Below, one piece after another: positions 27,479-37,300 of a stretch of 64,000 nt of DNA; positions within the stretch are counted from its first letter, which is position 1, and every line of letters begins with the position of its first letter. The notes under the pieces are model-generated. The model worked only from the letters and a program-made list of their open reading frames with translations. It was not told where the DNA came from and ran no database searches. The position numbers and the translations under genes are program-made. The stretch is taken from the sequence record NC_008720.1; one strand, 5' to 3'. The stretch comes from Escherichia phage N4.

Positions 27479-27850
27479 ATGAACCGTATTACTGAAGAAC
27501 ATATTGATAGCATCATTGAAGGTGTTTACTACTTCAATATGGCTAAAGCTGTAGAGAATGAAGCAGTTCTGATTCCTGAAGACCATTTAAAAGCATTAAG
27601 TACAACTACTGTTTGTGCACTGGTTCTTTCTAATGGATTCACTATTACTGGTAAATCTGCCTGTGTTGACCCTAACACCTTCAATGAGGAGTTAGGTAAG
27701 AAATATGCTTACGAACAGGCCGTTGATAAAGTATGGGAATTGGAAGGCTATCTGCTTAAGCAAAACCTGCATGAGAAAACTCAGAGCCAGGAAATGCTAA
27801 AAGGGTTCCTGCAAGATGACAACTGTGAAGGTGGGGGCTGTAAAATCTAA
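27479..27850 (+). CDS. Hypothetical protein (123 aa)
   Basis: SD AAGGAA 6 nt before ATG 27479; conserved-looking core ...TVCALVLSNGFTITGKSACVDPNTFNEELGKKYAYEQAVDKVWELEGY...; stop overlaps the next start (TAATG). Confidence 0.5.
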   Translation: MNRITEEHIDSIIEGVYYFNMAKAVENEAVLIPEDHLKALSTTTVCALVLSNGFTITGKSACVDPNTFNEELGKKYAYEQAVDKVWELEGYLLKQNLHEKTQSQEMLKGFLQDDNCEGGGCKI

Positions 27851-28332
27851 TGGAAATTAAAGTTCACTTTACTAATTACATCGGAACCAAATGTGTAAAT
27901 GGTTTCCCGATGAACAAAGCTGACTACTGCAAACTTCGTGGTTGGGATGTACCTGCTAATGAAGACCCGTTAGAAGAGGGTTACTTAGTAGAGTATCCCG
28001 ATTCTAAACCTAACCATGAACAATTCCGTGGCTACATTAGCTGGTCACCTAAAGCTGCATTTGAAGAAGCATACTGTGATGTAGACAAAGGCTGCACGTT
28101 TGGTCACGCAGTAGAGCTTATGAAATCAGGTTTTAGAATGTCCCGTAAAGGCTGGAATGGGAAAGGAATGTATATCACATTAGTATCCGGTGAAAACTGG
28201 GCTATGGATAAACATGAAAATACCGTATGCATGAAACAGGATTGGCTGGGTATTAAAACCGCTGACAATGAATTTATGCCCTGGGTTCCATCTCAATCAG
28301 ATGTATTAGCAGAAGATTGGGTATTAGCTTAG
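27850..28332 (+). CDS. DUF2829-like (Thoeris anti-defence Tad2-like) domain protein with about 80-aa N-terminal extension
   Basis: Residues 84-109 (nt 28099-28176) TFGHAVELMKSGFRMSRKGWNGKGMYI and C-terminal ...WVPSQSDVLAEDWVLA match my recollection of the DUF2829 signature. Not verified by any search. Confidence 0.45.
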   Translation: MEIKVHFTNYIGTKCVNGFPMNKADYCKLRGWDVPANEDPLEEGYLVEYPDSKPNHEQFRGYISWSPKAAFEEAYCDVDKGCTFGHAVELMKSGFRMSRKGWNGKGMYITLVSGENWAMDKHENTVCMKQDWLGIKTADNEFMPWVPSQSDVLAEDWVLA

Positions 28333-28343
28333 TAGAAATTAAA

Positions 28344-28361
28344 GCCCCTCATTAGAGGGGC
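28344..28361. terminator. Bidirectional terminator hairpin between convergent genes
   Basis: GCCCCTC-atta-GAGGGGC; ATTTTTTAT follows on the plus strand and a T/A-rich tract follows on the minus strand. Sits between the plus-strand stop (28332) and the vRNAP stop (28370-28372). Confidence 0.55.
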
Positions 28362-28369
28362 ATTTTTTA

Positions 28370-31300
28370 TTAGTGAGTAAGGTTGAACCAAGGATTGAGG
28401 GTAGGTGCTCTTAATCCTTGTCCGAAGCCTAATGAGTAATCCAGTCTTCCTTCAGCCAGCATGGTTAGCATGTTGTCCTGAATTGGTAGACCTACGTTAC
28501 CAAACATGGTAGGAGCAGGTACTACTGTAGCAATCAGAGAATGTACTGGGTTGTTTCTAATCATGCTCATAGCAACTTTAATGGAACGAATTTTAAAGTT
28601 GTAGAACCACATCAGACCCATACTTTCCATATAGCCACGGAAACGACCAGGCAATCTGTCATAGTTAATAAACTCTTCAGTTACCTGACCTAATGCTTCA
28701 GAAGAAGATTTTTTCTTACGTTTCACTAAATCATCATAGATGATGGCTTTAGCAATAAAGTCTGAATACTCTACTGTTTTCTGGATACCCTGGAACAGAG
28801 CAGTGTCCTTAGCAATAAGAGCGTAACGGCCAGCATTACGTACTTTTTCTGGAAGTTTATTAGCAAGTTTTTCCATGTACTCATGAATCTTACCTTCAGC
28901 TACTAACAGGTCATCACGACTAATACCAGCATCAGCAATAGAAGAGAACTCACCTGCTTCAATCAAAGGCCAGATACTCATACGACGATGACTATCAGTA
29001 ATAGATTGAATCTCAGTTTTAAGTTTACGAACCAGATTAGGGTTACCTTCAGCAGCACGTAGCTCTGCTTCCGCATCAATCTGACGTAAACGAGATTTAA
29101 TATACTGATTAATCTCTGACGTCTTACGAGGAATGTTCACAGCAATATCTTTAACAGGAACACCACGTCCAATCATCTGGTAGATGTTAGCAAGGAAGTT
29201 AACTGCCGGTACTACAACAGATTTAACAACAATTACTGTCTTAGCGTCCTTCACTAAGTTCTGAATGGTATTTTCAGCATTCATTACTACATGATATGCC
29301 TTATTACCGAATGCACCGAGGAACATCTTCTTAACAGTATCAAGGGTGCTAGGTGACCAACGAGAGTTACCGGTCCACACATCACCAATAGATGCAGCAC
29401 GATAGCCAAGTGCATCATTCAGCATATCCCTACGAACCCATAACTCATCTTTACCGAAGAGTTCTTCGGCCTTATGACGAGTCTCAATGTTCATCAGGTT
29501 AATCGCATCAGCCAGTACTGGGTCATCAATTTTACCTAACAGGTTTACATATTGAGATTTATTAGCACTGGAGTCTTTAATGTCTTTCTCATACATAGCA
29601 TGTAATTGCTCAATGAGAATGTCATTAAAACGTTGTGCTTTAGCCTCTTCCACCTGACGACCACGCCATACACCAACCATCTTAGCAAAGTGATTGTCTT
29701 GGTTTAGGTGCTTCAACATATTAGGGTCAACGGATTGTTCATAAGCAACTACCTGACCTTTGCTGTTATAAATTGGCATCAGTGGTTCACGCCCACGCTC
29801 ACCTTTAGCCAGAGCTTTGGTAATACGCTCTACGGTTGGTTTGTCAGTAATACGCCCAGCAACCATAGTGCCTAACGTAAAGCCAGTACCAATATCCACA
29901 CCACCAGCAGTATTACGAACGTTCTGAAGAATACCCTGAGAGTAAGGGGCACGGGCAGCTACTGGGCTGAAGTAATAACCTTTAGAACCAGTACGGAAAC
30001 CAGTGCTCCCCTGATAAGTACCAATACGAGTAAAGGATTGGCTATTTAACTTAGCAAACTCTTTATCGTCAGCAATAATCAAATTCACACCTTGCTGGTT
30101 CTCTACAGGGATATAGCCTTTAAAGTGATTCAGCAGAGTACGGTTATCACCTTTAGCTTTACGCATCTCTTCAGTACGTTGACCAACCATATAAGCAATG
30201 GAGAACTCCATACCTTCCACTTCTGATTGAGCCAATTCTGACAAAAGGTCACGGTCAGACTTATTCATCAATTCCAGAGAGTACAAAGTAATGAGCTTAT
30301 CAATAGCAGCTACATCTGCCACAGGACCATTAGTAATACGTTCACCTAACAAACGACTAATAGCATGGGCATTACGAAGGAGGTTATTACCTACTTCCCC
30401 CATAATCATGTATTGAGCCAGTTGCTTAGATTTCTTCTGAACCAGATTCCAGTTTCTACCTGCTTGGTTCTGAATCTCTTTTTCCAGAGTAGAGATTTCA
30501 TCTTTCACTTTCTTGGATGAAGAGAGTAAATCTCTAATTTCAGCCATGCTCATAGTTTCACGTAGAACAGCTAAATCTGTTTTACCTAAACCAGTATGCA
30601 TTGCAGACCATTCGGTATCAGTCAATTTACGAGAGAACTTACCAGCAATGACTGTAGGTAAATGCTCACGGAATTGCTGACGGTCTTGAGAAATCTGGCT
30701 CTTAACCAATTTGATTAAGTCATAGACATTGGCATTAGTCTTAGTACGGCCAACAATGTCATTAACTAAGTCATGGAAAGGTTGCCATACTTTACCCTGG
30801 TTCATAGCAGTCATAACACCCTGAGCCACTATTTCACCCTGTTTTTCAGATGCAATAGCAGCAGTCAGTTTAGCCAGATGAGCAACACCTTTAGCAGCTA
30901 TATTAGAAGGGTTAGCAATTACCTTATCTGCCTTCTCAATAACAGTTTCAGATAACCGTTCAATGCTATCCGTTACGTACTGATTAGCACGGTCAATGAA
31001 GTTACCGGTAGGGGTTGCTACAGCATCATAGAAGGACTCTCGTTTCAAAGCAGCAGCCATGATTGTTTCTGACAAAGCATCAATACTGTCCTGAACATTA
31101 GTAGCTTTCTGGTCACCAGCCATACGACGGTTCAGAGATTCCATTACCTGAGTACCTGCATTGGTAAGCAGAGTATCTATATCATTCCCTAATTTCTTAT
31201 CTGCTTTAGGTACAGGCATTTCTTTAATGATTGAACGTAGTTCTTCATTAACCATAGCCAGACCCAGGAATGTAGGTAACAGACTGGTTCTACCTTTGGC

Positions 31301-34300
31301 ATCTACTTCAACCAGATTAGCACCAGAGATGGTGTCATATTTCTGTTGAGCATAGTAACGGTCAGCAGGGTTAGTACTATCAGGGTCAGCCATGAAATGC
31401 TCTACCGTAAGGTGTTTCATTACATGGGTATAAAGTTCCTGAGCACGAGCCATAGCATGTGGGTCAATCGCAGCTTCAGTTGCTAATGCAGCAGTAACCA
31501 TCTGGAATACAGACTGTTCCTGAGCAGTCATATTGAAGCCATGAGACTGAACATCACGAACCAGTCGAGTAGCACTCATTAATGCATTAGCCACATTGCC
31601 ACGACGTTCTACTTCTGTAACTGGGTCAGTACGAAGGTAATCAGTTACCAGTTTATCGAAAGTCTGGTTCAACTGAGACAGACGTTCATTATTACCATAT
31701 GCTTTGCTATGGAACAGTGTGCCATCTTTAGCTACTGCCTGAGTTGTAGGTTGGCTACGCATCAGAATTGCAGAGTTAAACAGCAGATTGGAGAACATAT
31801 CTTCTCCCAATGCAGGAGCTTGTTTACGTCCCCAAATCAATTTCTTAATAGCCTGATAAACATCTTTCACCATTTGAACCAGTGAAGATGTTCTCTTCTG
31901 TTTAGCAGCAAGAGCACGGTTAGCTAACCCCCAAGCCATAAACTCATTAAGAGCAGCAGCTTTAGAGATAGCTGGGTCAACAAATCCATTACTCAAATGA
32001 CCTTCGATAGTTGCAATAGCATCAGCATATGCTTCTCTCATTTCTGGAGAATCTTTGGAAATATCCAGAGAACGGAACTGTTCCATCAGACCTTCAAGGT
32101 TCTCAATAGCCTGCTTAGAAGTAGGGCTTACTTCATTACCCTGATAGAAGGAATAAACTTCCTCGAAGGTAGAGGCATGAACCAGTTCATGAATGAGGGT
32201 TTCCATAGATGGGCTAACCAGATAAATGGTCTTATCATCGAAGTTAGTCCAGCCATAAATATTACCTGCCTGAGCTTCTTCCATTTCCTGAGAAGTCAAT
32301 TCAGTAACATTCTTCTGACGAGCATACTCTGCAACCTGAGTAGGTGTACCGTAGATAATCTTATAGTCTTTAGCTGCCAGTGATTTCTGAATCTCCGCAA
32401 GAGTAGCTGCCTGAGTAGATGGCAGATTACTAATCTTAGCCAGATTACGAATAGCAGTAGCAGACAGGATACGAACACCAGATGCCTTATGCTCACGGCC
32501 TACCATACCAAAGTCTGGATTCACTGGTTCTTTTTCAGAAACAGTTTCTTCTTTGACTTCAGCCCTAGCCTTAGCGACTTTTTGTTTACGGGCTTCTAAC
32601 TCTTCACGGAAAAGTTTATTCAGTTCATCAGCCTGTTGTTCAGGGGTCATATTGCTGAGGTCAATCTTACCGTTGTTCTGATAAGGAGCACCTACAGCAG
32701 CCATCTGGTCAATGGACAGATTTACCTTATCCAGCACCTTATGACGAATATCTACACCCAGTGCAATATTACGTAAGTTACGTTCAATCAGAGATGCAGC
32801 GTTAGCAATATCATCTACAGTAGCATTCTCACGTTGGTCATATTCCAGAGCAGATTTACCAATTGCTTCCAATGCTTCAGGGGACAGCTTGCTGAAATCT
32901 ACATTCTTCATGAACTTAGCATATGATTCATAAACATTCTTAATAGGGTTACCCTGCCAAGAAGTGTAAACAGCTTCATTAGCTTTACGACTGGCATCAG
33001 TGATGTCATTCAAACCAATGTTCATACCATCAAAGATTTTGAGGGTATTCTTTGGTGCACCTTTCATAGTGGAAAGAGTTTGCATCATCATGCCATCACC
33101 AGTACCAATAGTCATAAATGGAATACCTGCTACACCGGCCTGTGCTGGAGCATAGATACTCATTGGTACACGCATACGGTCATCAAGGTTAGTAGCTAAT
33201 ACCTGATTTGCTACTTCTGCATTTTCTGAACCAGCAATGTAGAAAGTCTGAGAACCAGTCTCAATCATAGGGGCTAAGTTATTCAGAGAAGCCTGAATAT
33301 CATTCAGTTCTTTCTGAGTAAGGAAATCACCTTTCTTCCATGTTGGGTCTTTAGCCTTCTCTGCCAGCTTCTCTTGTACTCGCTGTTTGAACATATCTTC
33401 CAGCACTACAGATTGAATCTGAGTAGCTTTCTGTAATTGTTCAGTAGAGTACACCAGACTTTCACCTACAGTCTGAGTAATACCATTACGTAGTGGTTCT
33501 ACAAAGAAGTGCAGCATATTTTCCTGAAGTGCCTTCAGTTGCTCGCCCTTAATGGTATAGGTCTTAGGATTGATTTTTCCTTTGGCTCCTGTACCTGTGG
33601 ATTGTAGTTCCAGTACACCTTTACGTTTAACAGGAACAGTAGAAGTCAGTGTTTCCATATCTTTCAGGAAACGGGCAAGAAGTTCTTCAGCATGTGCTTC
33701 TGAAGCAGCTTGCTTACCAAACATTGCCATAGCAGCAGAGATATTTGGGTCTTTAGCACGAGCTTTCAGTACATCAGACATACGCTCATAGATGGCATCA
33801 GTAACAGAACTAACCAGCTTACCTGCAATACCACGAGCACCAGAACCATAGATGGTAATAGTCAGTGGGTTCTTAGCAATACCACGTTTAAGTTCTAAAG
33901 CACCATTCTCACCAAGATTAATATCCGGTAAAAACAAATCCATCAGAGAAAGAAGACTGTCTATCTGAGACTGAATAGGCATATTAGAGGCATAGTTACT
34001 ACGTAACTTACCCAACGATTCCATCAAAGCATTAGTGGATGCTTGATATAAATCATTATTGTCAGCAGTAGAGCGATGCTCATTCATGGTCTTATTTGGA
34101 GAACCAATGAACAAGCCCCCTTTGGCAATATTACGAATCCAGTCAGGAGTAAACAGACCGCCTGTCATTAGCATCATGGCATTGATTGGACCATTAGTAA
34201 CACCATCTGCTTCTACATACAGTGGAGTTACAAATGCAGATTTATCCTCTGCTACTAAGTAACGGGAATACTCCATAAGAGCCATCAATGCTACGAATGA

Positions 34301-37300
34301 CTTCCTATCTCCTAATGCTGTATTCAGAACATCAACTGCGTTTTCTGGTAAGGAACCAGTGGTATTAAACTCAACCATCATATCAATGGCTGGTTTCAGA
34401 TTACCTTCCAGTAATTTAGTCAACTCGTCAGACATAACCTCACGAGTCATAGTATGGACTTTAATGTCCAATGCCTGAGCCAGACCTAACTGGAATGCAG
34501 AGAAGTCTTCATTGTTCTGGTTCGATAAATCCAAAGTAGCTTTAGTAGGTAAGATGGCCTCACGAACCAGTTTGGCTGATTGAGGATTGTATTTACCTAA
34601 CATCTGCATACGACCAACACGGGTCATATTGTATGCATAGTGAATAGGTACAGTAGAGATGTCTTCGCTCTGTGCTCTTACCTGCTCAATGACGGAGAAC
34701 AGTTGGTTGTAAGAGTCCTCTACTGAACGGTTCTTACCTTCCAGAGATTTAGCATGGTTATCATTAAGTAACTCTTTATTCAGAGTACCAGCACCCATCA
34801 GTTCGAGAATACGGTCTTTACCTAACGTCTCATAGAATTGAACCATTGGGGTGTGTACATAGAACTCTGTAGCCTGCTCTGCTTTCAATGCAGCCTTCTG
34901 TTCTGGAGTATTACGAACAGCAGGGTTACGAAGCTGAGTATTAGCTACAGGAGGAATGTCATCACCAAAGAACATCTTCTCTGTAGGATTCACTAAAACA
35001 GCTTCTTCAATAGCAGTAGGGAAGCTATTAATTGGGTCGAAGGAATCCAGTTCAGTAATGGTGTACAGACCAATAGTCTTCTTGTTATCTGGGTCAATTT
35101 CTGACATATCCACGATGTTCTCTACAACATCAGTAGACTCTACAAATGCAGCCAGAATTTCAGCAGCCATTGCTGTAGGGATGCCTTTGGTATAGCCCAA
35201 TGGAGCATTTGGATTACGAGATAATCCCCAGTAAGACTCAATTTTCTGAGCCAGGGAACTAACTGCTTCAGTGAGTGTCATACCAGTATCAAATTGCTCT
35301 ACTAAACCTTCTGGCAGCAGAGCTTGGTCAATACCAGTAATAGCAGCAACATCTTTTGCATCTTTGATAGCAGTATTGCTGGTAGCAGTAAGTCTCCATT
35401 GAAGACCTGCTAATACAGCAGTCTGTAGCAATTGTTCGTTGTACTTAAAGGTATCCCCATCCTGCTCAACAATGTTAAGTAACTTACCACCTACCCAACG
35501 GTTGGCTTCTGTACCTTGAGCAAAACGTTTACCAACATCCTTAGTGTTAAGGAACTTAGCCAGACGGGAGCGAAGAATATCAGCAATACCTTCCCCATGT
35601 TCCATGAGTTCTTTGTATCGCTTAATAACTTCCCCATTAAAAGCAGGGTTAGCAGTTTCTTTCTCAGTAAAGAGTTCATAACGAGCACGAGAAGACAGAG
35701 CTTGGGCTACATCTTTTAGAGGTGCTTCTGAACCAACAGTACGGGATTTCTGTTCTTCTGGTAAGGTAAAGGACAATTTGAAATAGTTCTTAATACCCTC
35801 TGCTTTAGAATCAGCAGTACCTACCAATGAAGGGTAAACAGCATCAATACCTTCTTTTAATTCTTCTGTAACTGTACTTTCTTTTGTAGAAGTTTCAGTT
35901 TCTTTAACAGATTCAGTAGGTTGCTTGATGTTGTCCTCATTAGTAAGGTTAACATCCTGTTTTTCAGACTGGTTCACAGGTTCTTTTATAGCCTGTGGGC
36001 TAGACTCTTTAGTAGTAGGTTCTGTTTTAACAGATTCACTAACAGGAGTCTTAGTCTGTACAGTAGATGTAACTGGTTCCTGTTTTGTAACAGGAGTTTC
36101 TTTAACCTGATTCACGGAGTCAGCTTTCGGTTGAGAAGAAGCAACGTCTCGATTGCCTTGACGGAATGCCTTGACCACCTCAGCAGCAGGAGCGTTAAGA
36201 CGTGAATCCAATGGAGTAACTTTTATATGACTGACCTTCAGTTCCGGGTAAGCCGAAGCGAGGGCATTAGCAATATCCGCTACCGTTTTCGCTTCAAGAG
36301 CAACTTGCTGGGCAAATTTAACCGACTTAGTGTCATAGGGATTGACCCCCAATCCGGTACGGCTACGAACCCATTCTCTGTCAGCAGTAAGAGCTTGGTA
36401 GTGGACAGACTTATTCTTATCCGCATTCCCCGTAACAAGATGCTCATTCAACGCTCCAACCTTATTCTGCATGTGCTGGGCGAACTGCATAAAGTCGTTC
36501 AGGTAAGCGGAGGCCAACTCGAAATTACCAGAGTTATACGCAGACCGAATCCTATTCGCATGTTGCAACGCAGAGTATTGTCCTTCCTGAGTTCTGCTCT
36601 CATCCGTTTTAATCTGTTTACTCACAATGTCTTGAGGACGTAATCCAAGACGGGCAGCTTCTGCATCATATTCCCGTGCCCCCTTCAGGATTGCAGCAGC
36701 ATTCTGGAGGGCAGCAATCTGGCGATTATTCAGTTTAATACGACCATCAGCAGCATGTTTAAGAACAACATTTACAGACTCTGGATTGAGCTTTTCAGGG
36801 GCTACTTCAGCAGCTAATGCTACGTTCTGCATTTCCTGTGGACTGGATTCTTCAGTCACATTCAAAGAACCATTCTGAGCAGATTCATTAATCATTCGAT
36901 TAATAACATTCAGTGCACCAATTACTTTTGGTGTGTTCTGAATATTAGCTGTCAGATTCGTATAACGGTTGAGTAACTCAATAGCCGGAGAATCTTTAGG
37001 AATGCTATCCAGTGCAGCAGGGTCACGGTTAATGAACTGCTCAAACTCTGAAACAGCATCATACATATAAGATGCAGCTTCCATCAGTGCTTGAGGATTA
37101 GATTCATCTAATGTGTTAACTAAGTCTGCTAACTTCTGAATAACCTGTACTTGGTCAGTAGAACCAGCTACAGCATTACGAATATGCTCTGGTGCTTCCT
37201 GATAATTTTCAGGATTAAAACGAGTAGCATTCATTAAGTCAGAAACATACTGGTGTGCTGCAACTTTCTGTTCTGGAGTAGCATCAGTTGCTTCAACAGC

